From the NCBI GenBank assembly GCA_043759095.1, contig JAYVMG010000627.1, forward strand, positions 1-35,090: DNA of 35,090 nucleotides, written 5' to 3'. The translations under genes were made by a program, and so were the position numbers. The notes beneath the pieces are model-generated. The model was not told the DNA's origin. It worked only from the letters and a program-made list of their open reading frames with translations, and searched no databases. Source of the stretch: Acidobacteriota bacterium (GTDB lineage Bacteria; Acidobacteriota; Vicinamibacteria; Vicinamibacterales; CAVVIG01). How positions within the stretch are numbered: position 1 is the stretch's first letter; the number at the start of each line of letters is the position of its first letter. This document shows positions 1-9,973 of this stretch, piece by piece.

Positions 1-188
1 AGCCCTTCGACGTCGATGGCCAGTCGGACCGTTCCCCGCAGGCGCCTGAGCTGCGCATAGCCGCTGCTGGCGGCGACGAGCTTCAGCCCGCGGCGAATCG
101 TCTCGGTGACGCCTTCTCCTGTCTCACGCTGGGCTTTGTCCAGCAGATCGGTCGGGACGTGGACGGTGATCTTGCGGACCGGCATCAT
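1..188 (-). CDS. Putative type II antitoxin (VapB/ribbon-helix-helix-like), 3' end runs off the window
   Basis: Hand translation (not in ORF track): MMPVRKITVHVPTDLLDKAQRETGEGVTETIRRGLKLVAASSGYAQLRRLRGTVRLAIDVEG...; N-terminal alternating strand (KITVHV) followed by two helices; sigma70-type promoter directly upstream. Confidence 0.7.
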   Translation of the reverse strand, partial: MMPVRKITVHVPTDLLDKAQRETGEGVTETIRRGLKLVAASSGYAQLRRLRGTVRLAIDVEG

Positions 189-194
189 ACCGCG

Positions 195-223
195 AGAATG
201 CCAGCATTAATACCATAAGTCAA
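195..223 (-). promoter_or_regulatory. Sigma70-type promoter of the antitoxin, leaderless geometry
   Basis: Minus strand TTGACT (223-218), 17 nt spacer, CATTCT (200-195), 6 nt, ATG at 188; AT-rich island in GC-rich DNA. Confidence 0.65.
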
Positions 224-258
224 TACGGCAACGCCTCACGGTGTTCGCGCTCTGCGCG

Positions 259-780
259 TCACATCGGTCGGCGCAACAGCACGTAGACGGCTCCTGCGCC
301 GCCGTCGGACCGCGGCGCATCGGCGTAGGCGAGGACGGCGTGATGCGTCCGCAGGTACGCGCGCACACGCTCTTTCAGCACGGCCACGCCGCCAGGCGAT
401 CGCAGGCCGCGGCCGTGGACGATGCAGATGCAGCGGTGGCGGCTGTGGCGGGAGGCGTCGAGGTACTGCTTCACGCTGGCGCAGGCAGCGGCGGCGGTCA
501 TGCCGTGGAGGTCGCGGCGGTCCGCCGCGACATACTCCCCGCGTTTCAGTTTTCTGATCTCGCGCCGGTCCACTCCGTGCGCGGCGAAGTCTTCATCTGA
601 TTGATCATCATCGACAGTGGCGTTGACGGAACGTGATGCCGCAGGCGGAAGCGTGACGGGTGGCGCGGCGCGCACGCGCCTGCGAGCGTCTGGGGGCAGC
701 GGTACGACCGCATCGTCCGCCATCGCGCGAGCGAAGGCGTCAGCGTCTGAGGCGTCCGCGTGCTCGTCGCGCTTCTTCAC
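259..780 (-). CDS. Smr/MutS2-domain protein (SmrA-like endonuclease)
   Basis: DLHG, IVHGRG, VLKxxV and GGAGAVYVLL motifs typical of Smr domain; GTG start 6 nt below TAGAAT (792-787). Confidence 0.9.
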   Translation of the reverse strand: MKKRDEHADASDADAFARAMADDAVVPLPPDARRRVRAAPPVTLPPAASRSVNATVDDDQSDEDFAAHGVDRREIRKLKRGEYVAADRRDLHGMTAAAACASVKQYLDASRHSRHRCICIVHGRGLRSPGGVAVLKERVRAYLRTHHAVLAYADAPRSDGGAGAVYVLLRRPM

Positions 781-979
781 CAGGCGATTCTATGTGAGCC
801 CAGCGTCGCCGATGGCCGCGAGCGGCAGGTGGTAATCGGCCGTTGATGGCTGTCCCCTGACGGCCACACGAACTGTCCGGCCACGCGGACGCCGGCGTCG
901 TGCGCGGACGGACTCGCGCCGTGACTGGTCAACAATGCGCCCCGCGCGGTGGGCATCGTCGTTGCCAGACGCACTGCTC

Positions 980-1459
980 ATGAGCCCAACCGACGATCAG
1001 AAATCCTCTTCCTCGCGCCGCGAGTTTTGTGTGCGCACCTGCCAGGCGGTCTCGATGCTGACGATCGGCGCGGCGTTTCCGGCTTGCGGCGGCAGTTCGA
1101 TGTCAACCAGTTCGGCGCCGCCCCTGCCGACCGTCTCAGGCACGCTCGTCGGCCGCGATCTCTCGATCACAATTGACTCCGCATCCCCGCTGGCGGCCAT
1201 CGGCGGCGCGGCCACCATCATCGCGTCGACGGGCACGTATCTGATCGCGCGCACCGCGCAGAACACATTTACCGCGTTGACCGCGGTCTGTCCGCATGCA
1301 GGATGCGCCGTGTCCGGCATCGCCAATTCCCTCTACGTCTGCCCGTACCATGGCGCGGAGTTCAATCTGAGCGGCGGAGTCGTGCAGGGGCCGGCGACGT
1401 CCTCGCTGCGTCCGTTCCCGACGACGTTCGCCAATAATGTGGTGACGATCGGCGTGTGA
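980..1459 (+). CDS. Tat-exported Rieske [2Fe-2S] protein, probable lipoprotein
   Basis: SRREFC twin-arginine motif, hydrophobic stretch ending PAC, Rieske boxes CPHAGC and CPYHG, GPA-x3-L; start moved to ATG 980. Confidence 0.88.
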   Translation: MSPTDDQKSSSSRREFCVRTCQAVSMLTIGAAFPACGGSSMSTSSAPPLPTVSGTLVGRDLSITIDSASPLAAIGGAATIIASTGTYLIARTAQNTFTALTAVCPHAGCAVSGIANSLYVCPYHGAEFNLSGGVVQGPATSSLRPFPTTFANNVVTIGV

Positions 1460-1498
1460 GGCGATGAGAACGAGTCGGCGCGTGTTCTAATACGCCGC

Positions 1499-3985
1499 AT
1501 GACTTCTTCCCTTCGTGTGCGCGCGCTGGCCGTTGCGGCGATCGTCGCGACCGTCGCGCTCCGGATCGCCGCTGTCACGCGACTGCCGTCGGCGGACGGC
1601 CAGTTCTGGGACATCCAGGACACCTCGCCCTGGTCGCAGGACAGCGGCGGCATCGCCACGGGCGGACGCGCGAATCCCTTCAACGGTTTCGGCTATCTGA
1701 AGCTACGCGTGCGCACCGCGCGCGGCGCGACGCTCGTGCCACATCAGTACCTCACCGGTTTCGGACTTGCGCACGACGGCCACGAGCGTTTCGATTCGAT
1801 CACGCCCATCGTGTCCGGCGACATCCTCGTGGCGCGCGCGATCTACGCACCGAAGGATGCCAACTATCTCCGCTATGTCGACAGCTACGCTAACGCCGCC
1901 ACCGAGAATCGTGTCATCGACGTCGCCTGGGGTGGTGCGGCGGGCGCGTTCGAGGACGGCGGACCCGTGACGGTGGCGACCTCGTCGAACGGCAACGCGA
2001 CGATTGATCTGACGGACAGCTTCGTAACGGTGATGCAGAACGCGAGGCGCGCGAGCGATCCGATGCGCGGGCCGTCTGGTCATGGACCATCCGCACACGT
2101 GCTCGGCTCGCATGCCGCCGGACTGCTCACCGCCGTCGGCGATATGTACGCCGATCCTTTCACCAATCGCTGGCCTGGCTTCGATCCCGCGCACATCGGC
2201 TACGTGTTCACGCTGACGCTGAAGCCGGGACAGACCGTCGCTCTGATGACCTTCGTTGTGAAAGGGCTGAGCGAGATCTACGATCCCCGCGGCGGGTTCC
2301 CGATCCCGCTGCGCGATGCCCTGGTCACGCCGAAGTATTCCGCGCCGTACGCCGGCGATGCGCCGAAGATTCCCGGCGCGGGCGCGGAGATCGCGCACGT
2401 CACCGACATCGCGCGTCGCCTCGTCGCCGCGCCGGATGTGCGCGGGCTCACGCCATTGCAGCGATCGCAGATCGTCAACTGGCGCGTGTCTGCCGCTGCA
2501 TCGCGTACGGTCCCGGCATTCTCTGTCGTGGAGAGAACCGTTCCGCAGATCCAGGACGCGCTGACGCGTGGGGAAACGACCTCGGAAGATGTGGTCCGCG
2601 GATACCTGGCGCGCCTCTCGCTCCTCGATCGCCACGGCCCGATGCTGCGGTCGATGCTCGCGCTCAATCCGGCGGCGATCACGGCCGCGCGCACGCTCGA
2701 CGCCGAACGCGCGGCTGGCGGCGCCCGCGGTCCGATGCACGGCATCCCGGTCATTTTCAAAGACAACATCGACGTCCTCGGCCTGCCGACGACGGGCGGA
2801 TCGCGCGCGCTGGCGGATCATCGGCCGCGCCTCGACTCGCGCGTGGCCGCCGGCATGCGCCGCGCCGGCGCCGTGCTGCTCGGGAAGGCCAACCTCGACG
2901 AGTTTCCGTTCGGCGACTTCGGCATCAGCACCGTCGGCGGCACGATTGGCAACGCGTTCGACCCGACGCTCAGCACGTCCGGCTCGAGCGGCGGGACGGC
3001 GACCGCGGTCGCGACCAGCCTCGCCACGCTCGGCTTCGGCACCGACACATGCAACTCCCTGTCGAACCCGGCGTCGTTCGCGTCGCTCGCCACGATTCGC
3101 ACCACCCGCGGCCTCACGAGCCGCGCCGGCGTCATGCCGCTCAACACTTATCAGGACGCCGTCGGACCGATCGCGAAATCGATTCGCGAACTGGCGCTGG
3201 CGCTCGATCAGGTGACGGGGCCGGATCCCGAAGACGACGCGACGGCGGACGCGGCACGGCATATCAGTGGGTCGTTCACGGCCGCACTCGACGCCAACGC
3301 GCTGAAGGGCGCGCGCATCGGCGTCATCCGTCAGCTGTTTGTCGGGGTCACCGGCGAACGCGAGGCTGCTGCGACGATGGAGACCGTGATCGGGGAGATG
3401 CGGACGGCGGGTGCGACCGTTGTGGACGTGACGATTCGCGATCTCGACGCGCGCTACGTTCAGGCGCGAGGCAGCGCGCCGGGCTCACTGAAGGCGGCGT
3501 GGACGTCGTACCTCACCCGCGGCGCCGCGGCGGAAGCGCCGGTGCTCACGATCGAGAACCTGCTGGCGTCTGGGAAACTGGCGCCCGTCAGCGCAGGACG
3601 GCTGCGTGATGCGCTTCAGCCCACGCCCTCCGGCGATGAATTGCGCGCAGCCACCGCGAAGTTCTACGCGACGCGTGACGAATTCCGCGCGCTGTTTGTC
3701 GACGCGATGGAGCAGCAGCACCTGAACGGCCTGCTGTATCCCGCGAATCTCGCGCGGCCGAACACGCACGAAGGTGGGCTGGAGCGCTACGGCGAAGAAC
3801 CCGGCACGTGTCAGGAAAGCGCGATGACGGGCCTGCCGCAAGTCACCGTGCCGGCCGGCTTCCTCGGCAACAGGTATCCCTTCGGCGTTTCGTTTCTCGG
3901 ACGGTTGTGGGACGACCGCCGCCTGCTCGCGCTCGCCTACGCCTACGAGCAGGCCACGCACCATCGGCGCCCGCCGCCCCGCTAG
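1499..3985 (+). CDS. Secreted amidase-signature family protein with a ~330 aa unassigned N-terminal domain
   Basis: Signal peptide; GPMHGIPVIFKDN, GKANLDE, GSSGG, GTDT-x2-S motifs; GLPQVTVPAG and LAYAYEQAT C-terminus. Confidence 0.88.
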   Translation: MTSSLRVRALAVAAIVATVALRIAAVTRLPSADGQFWDIQDTSPWSQDSGGIATGGRANPFNGFGYLKLRVRTARGATLVPHQYLTGFGLAHDGHERFDSITPIVSGDILVARAIYAPKDANYLRYVDSYANAATENRVIDVAWGGAAGAFEDGGPVTVATSSNGNATIDLTDSFVTVMQNARRASDPMRGPSGHGPSAHVLGSHAAGLLTAVGDMYADPFTNRWPGFDPAHIGYVFTLTLKPGQTVALMTFVVKGLSEIYDPRGGFPIPLRDALVTPKYSAPYAGDAPKIPGAGAEIAHVTDIARRLVAAPDVRGLTPLQRSQIVNWRVSAAASRTVPAFSVVERTVPQIQDALTRGETTSEDVVRGYLARLSLLDRHGPMLRSMLALNPAAITAARTLDAERAAGGARGPMHGIPVIFKDNIDVLGLPTTGGSRALADHRPRLDSRVAAGMRRAGAVLLGKANLDEFPFGDFGISTVGGTIGNAFDPTLSTSGSSGGTATAVATSLATLGFGTDTCNSLSNPASFASLATIRTTRGLTSRAGVMPLNTYQDAVGPIAKSIRELALALDQVTGPDPEDDATADAARHISGSFTAALDANALKGARIGVIRQLFVGVTGEREAAATMETVIGEMRTAGATVVDVTIRDLDARYVQARGSAPGSLKAAWTSYLTRGAAAEAPVLTIENLLASGKLAPVSAGRLRDALQPTPSGDELRAATAKFYATRDEFRALFVDAMEQQHLNGLLYPANLARPNTHEGGLERYGEEPGTCQESAMTGLPQVTVPAGFLGNRYPFGVSFLGRLWDDRRLLALAYAYEQATHHRRPPPR

Positions 3986-4779
3986 TGCGTCATGCCGTAC
4001 ACGAGATAGTTCACGCCGAGTTTGTAGGCCTCGTTCGTGTCGTCCACCGGCCGCAGCCCGCGGCCGGACCATTCCCAGAACTGCGAGATATCGGTGTTGT
4101 AGTTCACGATCATCACGAGCCGCTTGCTCGGGTCGTTGTCTTCGTACACGCCTTTGAAGACCGGCCGGCCGTTGTTATAAGCCTGTGGGAAATTGTCGAG
4201 CGTCGTGATTTCGAAGAACGAATGGAAAATCGGATGTGCGAGGTCCATGTCGAAGAACTGCACGCCTGGCAACACACGATTCATGTTCCGCTCGAATGGC
4301 TCCCACCCGCCGGTCGGCACGCCTCGCCAGCCGAGCACCTTGAAATCGTCGACGATGACGAAGCCGCCCTTCCGGATGTAGGTGCGCAGCGCGGCGGCGC
4401 CGGTGTCGCTCAACGTCCACCAGCCGACTTCAATGATGTACGCCACCGGATACTTGAACAGTTCCGGATCCTCCAGCGTGAGCACATTGACGTCGTCCGT
4501 GCGCGCGTTGAAGAAGCTGAGGTCGTTCATGATCCGCATCAGGTGTTCTTCGGCCTGCGGAAAGCCGTGGACCCACGCCGGTCGTCCGCCGGCCCAGTCG
4601 CCGCCTGGGGCAGTGTCGTACTTGACACGAACGAAGGTGAACTGCCCGTCGTAGGGTACGTTGTGAATGGGCGGCACGCGACCGAACCCGCCGAACCCGC
4701 CGTCGAAGCGGCGCTGCGCGAGTGCCACGGCCGCCACGCACAGCACGAGGACTCCGGCGATCAGGAACCTGCGGGACAC
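3982..4779 (-). CDS. DUF4159 domain secreted protein
   Basis: Signal peptide; FTFVRVKY, ELFKYPVAY, LRTYIRKGGFVIVDDF, HPIFHSFF, AYKLGVNYLVYGMTH are typical of DUF4159; GTG start 6 nt below TAGGAT. Confidence 0.88.
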   Translation of the reverse strand: MSRRFLIAGVLVLCVAAVALAQRRFDGGFGGFGRVPPIHNVPYDGQFTFVRVKYDTAPGGDWAGGRPAWVHGFPQAEEHLMRIMNDLSFFNARTDDVNVLTLEDPELFKYPVAYIIEVGWWTLSDTGAAALRTYIRKGGFVIVDDFKVLGWRGVPTGGWEPFERNMNRVLPGVQFFDMDLAHPIFHSFFEITTLDNFPQAYNNGRPVFKGVYEDNDPSKRLVMIVNYNTDISQFWEWSGRGLRPVDDTNEAYKLGVNYLVYGMTH

Positions 4780-4828
4780 AGACTGATCCTACGCTCGCCC
4801 TTGCGCCTCCCGCTACAAGGCGCTTTCT

Positions 4829-5128
4829 TTACGCGCGCCGCAGGCGGGCGACTTTGTTGTCTCGCTCGGTCGTGAGGTGCTCGCGCTCGCGGCGGTACTG
4901 CTGGTCGAGCGTCTCGCGTTCGCCGGGGTCGAGGGTGCTCTGGACCTTCGATTGATGCAGCACTTCCAGCTCCGCGAGTTTCGCTTCGTAGAAGTTGCGC
5001 GCCTCGGCGATCGCGGCCTTCTGCGCGTCGGTCACCGGCGTCGTCGCGATGCCCGCGTCGGCATCCTTTTTCGCGAGGCGTTCCATCGCGAGTTCGAGAG
5101 AGGACTTCAAAGGCTTTTCATCGGTCAT
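4829..5128 (-). CDS. Small helical hypothetical protein
   Basis: MTDEKPLKSSLELAMERL...; ATG at 5128 overlaps the upstream gene's TGA (ATGA coupling); GC3-rich coding pattern. Confidence 0.8.
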   Translation of the reverse strand: MTDEKPLKSSLELAMERLAKKDADAGIATTPVTDAQKAAIAEARNFYEAKLAELEVLHQSKVQSTLDPGERETLDQQYRREREHLTTERDNKVARLRRA

Positions 5129-6306
5129 TGCAGGGTTCCGTTTCTGACCCACACCGTGCTGCCGACGGTGACGGTAAGGTCCGTGAAAAAATTCCAGCGC
5201 ACGTACGCCGGCTGACCCGGCGCGGCGGCGACGCCGCCGCCGAGTTCCGTATTGTCGCCGAGCGAGAGTCGGACGACGCCCGCGCCGTAACCGTAGTACG
5301 GAATCCAGGGACCGCGCCTGGGGACGGCGAGTAGCGGGTTGAATCCCACTCCGATTTCGCGGAATGCGCGTCCCGCGGCGCCCGCCTTCTCCATCTCGGC
5401 TTCAACCGCGTCCTTGCCGCTCGCCGCGATGATCTCGACGACCCGGCCTTTCGCGAAGCGCAGCTTCAAGCCGTCCACCGGCCGGCCATCCCACTGCGAC
5501 GGCGGAAACGCGATGACGCCTTCCACCGTATCCTCGAGCGGCGCTACGCGAACGACGCCGGCCGGTAGTTCGATTTCATGGTCGACAAGCACCTTGCCCT
5601 GCGCCGTGCGCGCCGCGGACGCGTCGCCATCCTGGAGATTCGCCGGACGGTCGCCGACGCGGAACCGCAGATCGGTCCCCGCGGGCGACGTGATGTGCAC
5701 GTCCCCGCTCGCCAGGGCGGCGGCGAAGCGGCGCTCGATCTCGCCGAGCGCTTTGTAGTCGGTCTGCAACATGGCACGCTGGTAGTTCGCATCCATCTCG
5801 GGCCGCGACGGCAGCGGCTGGCCGGCGATGGGATATGCGCTGCCGTTTTCGATCCAGTGGAAATGAATCGTGCGGCGTCCGCGTTGCTCGGACAGGTCGT
5901 CTTTCAGCCAGTCCTGCATGGCCAGGTACGCGGGGTGCGACGTGTTGGCGCCCGGCATCATGATCGCTGCGTCGATATCCCTGAACATTGTCTTGTAGTG
6001 CGTCCGCGCCTCGCGCGCGCCCTTCTGTAGCACGGCCGCGTCGAACGTCTCCGGCACAGGCTCGCGCAGCACGTTGACGACGCCGAGGTCGACGCCGCCT
6101 GCCCGCATCACTTCATACCGGATGTACGGCAGCAGGTCCTCGAAGATGCCGGGATGCGCGATGGACAGCACGCGCTCGCCAGGCTTCAGCGCCAGTTGCT
6201 GGACGAGGCGCTTTGCGATGGCGGAGTAGTCGAAGGTCTGGCGCGGCTGCGCGACGAGCGCGGTCGCGAAGGTGAGCGCGAGGGTGAAGGGGAGCAGGCG
6301 TCGCAT
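5125..6306 (-). CDS. Secreted M29/aminopeptidase T-like fold protein (metal ligands appear degenerate)
   Basis: Signal peptide; LALKPGERVL, HITSPAGTDLRF, LP-G-V-VAPLEDTVEG, LRFAKGRVVEI, EIGVGFNP, LSLGDN resemble the thermophilic metalloprotease M29 family. Confidence 0.7.
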   Translation of the reverse strand: MRRLLPFTLALTFATALVAQPRQTFDYSAIAKRLVQQLALKPGERVLSIAHPGIFEDLLPYIRYEVMRAGGVDLGVVNVLREPVPETFDAAVLQKGAREARTHYKTMFRDIDAAIMMPGANTSHPAYLAMQDWLKDDLSEQRGRRTIHFHWIENGSAYPIAGQPLPSRPEMDANYQRAMLQTDYKALGEIERRFAAALASGDVHITSPAGTDLRFRVGDRPANLQDGDASAARTAQGKVLVDHEIELPAGVVRVAPLEDTVEGVIAFPPSQWDGRPVDGLKLRFAKGRVVEIIAASGKDAVEAEMEKAGAAGRAFREIGVGFNPLLAVPRRGPWIPYYGYGAGVVRLSLGDNTELGGGVAAAPGQPAYVRWNFFTDLTVTVGSTVWVRNGTLQ

Positions 6307-6324
6307 GACGCCTGCGATGGTAGC

Positions 6325-7503
6325 TCAGTTCCTGAACGTGATCTGCGACGCCGTTGCGGTCTTTTCGCCGGTCATCGTGCCGCGGACGGCCAGATTCTTC
6401 CCGACGCTGACGGCGGTGCAACCGCCGCCGACGAACTGCGTGGAGGCGGTGAGCGTCACCGTATATTCGCCGATCTGCACCTTGAGCGCTGGGCACGCGG
6501 AGCCGAAGACGATGCCGGTCACCCCGCCCTCGCCTTCGACTTCCGCCGTCGGTTGAGGCGCGCTGGCGCGCACGGTGACTCTGGTCGCGACAATGCTGCC
6601 ATCGGTGTTTCTCGAGCCCTTCACACCCACCGTCACGCCGGCCTTGAGATCGGCGCAGACGCCGCTGACGTACTGCGTCGATGCGTCCACCTTGATCAGG
6701 TACGTGCTGATGAAGAACTGAAGCGCCGGGCACGACGTGCTGGTGCTGACGCTCGAGATGGCGCCTTCGCCGTCAACCGGCTCGGACGGCCGGGTGGGCT
6801 CGGTCGGCGTCGTTGGCGTCGTCGGCGTCGTGGGTGTGGTCGGTGTCGTCGGCGTGGTGACGTCCCGGAACGCGATGTTCGTCGCGACGATCGGGCCGTC
6901 GCCCGTGCGAGTGCCGGTGAGCGCCACTTTCGATCCGGCCTTGAGGTTCGCGCAGACGCCGAGTTCCCAATGCGTCGCTGTGGATGTCGTGACCGTGTAG
7001 GGACCGACCAGGAAGCTCAGCGCGGGACACGCTGTCGTGGACACCAGCGACGTCACCACGATGTCGGTGCTCACCGGCGTGGACGTCGTCGGTGTGGTCG
7101 GCGGCGTCGGAGCTGTCGGCGTCGTGCCGCCGCTGAGGATCGTAATCTGCGATGCGTAGACCGTCTGGCTGCCTTCGGTCGTGGCGCGCACCGTCATCGA
7201 GACCACGGTGCCGGCTCGAAGGCTTGCGCACGTCCCACCGCTGTAACTTGTCGCCGCATCCGTTTTGATCAAGTACGTGCTGACCATGAACTGGAGCGCC
7301 GGACACGACGTGCCGCTGACGAGCGAGGAAATGGTGTTTCCCGACCCCTCGTTCGCGGTCACGTGCGCGCCGCCGACCTCGGATGCGGTGGCTGTCGAGA
7401 GGCCACTTGAGGGCGCTGTCGTTGCGCCGCGGTCTGAACTGCAGGCGGCCAGCGGGAGGATGGCGGTTAAAGCGATCATCACCGCGGAGAATCGGAAAGT
7501 CAT
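6325..7503 (-). CDS. Lipoprotein with four DUF5666-like repeats and Pro/Thr linkers
   Basis: Lipobox LAAC; four repeats of CPAL-F-V..Y.....T.Y..G.C..L..G..V...G......A..I; (PTT)n linker. Confidence 0.85.
   Translation of the reverse strand: MTFRFSAVMIALTAILPLAACSSDRGATTAPSSGLSTATASEVGGAHVTANEGSGNTISSLVSGTSCPALQFMVSTYLIKTDAATSYSGGTCASLRAGTVVSMTVRATTEGSQTVYASQITILSGGTTPTAPTPPTTPTTSTPVSTDIVVTSLVSTTACPALSFLVGPYTVTTSTATHWELGVCANLKAGSKVALTGTRTGDGPIVATNIAFRDVTTPTTPTTPTTPTTPTTPTEPTRPSEPVDGEGAISSVSTSTSCPALQFFISTYLIKVDASTQYVSGVCADLKAGVTVGVKGSRNTDGSIVATRVTVRASAPQPTAEVEGEGGVTGIVFGSACPALKVQIGEYTVTLTASTQFVGGGCTAVSVGKNLAVRGTMTGEKTATASQITFRN
6795..6861 (-). repeat. Coding 9-nt-period repeat encoding a Pro-Thr-Thr linker
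   Basis: Imperfect gtcgtcggc-type repeats translating to TTPTTPTTPTTPTTPTTPTEPT. Confidence 0.85.
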
Positions 7504-7514
7504 ACCGGTCGCGT

Positions 7515-7530
7515 ATCACGATGCGTGCCA
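7515..7530 (-). promoter_or_regulatory. Sigma54-like -24/-12 promoter for the DUF5666 lipoprotein
   Basis: TGGCAC-GCATC-GTGAT (GG-N10-GA; GA instead of GC); AT-rich tract at 7556-7580 and GCCA-N5-TGGC palindrome at 7620-7632 upstream. Confidence 0.5.
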
Positions 7531-7679
7531 TAGCTCAGCTTCAGTAGGTTCTGCCAATAAGTCACAGGTTTTAAGTGGGTTGCACGTTGGCGCGTATTAC
7601 CAGCGAACCGAAGGAATGAGCCATTTTTTGGCACCGCTGACACAAATTGTTTAGCCACGGCGTGGTACCTTGGAGAGAT

Positions 7680-9493
<1,814 letters not shown>

Positions 9494-9497
<4 letters not shown>

Positions 9498-9518
9498 GGC
9501 ACGACTTCAGTCGTGCCC
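9494..9518 (+). repeat. GTAG-type REP-like palindrome / hairpin between convergent genes
   Basis: GTAG overlapping a perfect inverted repeat GGGCACGACT-TC-AGTCGTGCCC (9497-9518). Confidence 0.65.
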
Positions 9519-9527
9519 CACTCCCGA

Positions 9528-9944
9528 TCAATGAATCGCGCCGCTGTGCTGGTTCGCGCACGCCTGGCACACGCCATCGTCGTGCATCCACTCCGGCGCG
9601 GTGCTTCGCCCGCAGTACTGGCACACACAGAATCGCGAGAGCCGTGATTCCCGCGCGCCTTTGATCAAGACCGCCAATGCGTTGAACAGCGCGGTCTCGG
9701 GCAGCCGCCGCCATTTCAGGATGCCCACCCGCCGCGGTTTCGCCGCGAACGTGAACGGCGTCTCCCACACGCCCGCGAACTCGGACACGATGACGCTGGT
9801 CTCGGTCAGCGAGACGACGACGTCGGCGGGCTCCCCGCCGACAAACTGCACCGAGCCGTCTGCGGCTTCCTGGCGATCAACCGGGGTCGACAGATTCGTG
9901 TCCAGAAATGCGAGGAGTTGTTCGTAGCGTTCAGGGGCATCCAT
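9528..9944 (-). CDS. Hypothetical protein with C-terminal zinc ribbon
   Basis: CQYC...CQAC pair at C-terminus; start probably ATG 9944 (MDAPERY), alternative 9959. Confidence 0.78.
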   Translation of the reverse strand: MDAPERYEQLLAFLDTNLSTPVDRQEAADGSVQFVGGEPADVVVSLTETSVIVSEFAGVWETPFTFAAKPRRVGILKWRRLPETALFNALAVLIKGARESRLSRFCVCQYCGRSTAPEWMHDDGVCQACANQHSGAIH

Positions 9945-9973
9945 AGAGTCAGTCCACATTATGATGGCGTTTC

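Noticed and set aside
1703-3262. Long antisense ORFs (also 7500-8846, 13262-14497, 22573-24276, 24298-25503)
   Set aside because: Arg/Ala-rich shadow frames opposite well-supported genes; expected in high-GC DNA.
6780-7130. Repetitive gtcgtcggc tracts as possible CRISPR or VNTR
   Set aside because: They encode Pro/Thr linkers; no constant repeat with unique spacers and no cas genes.
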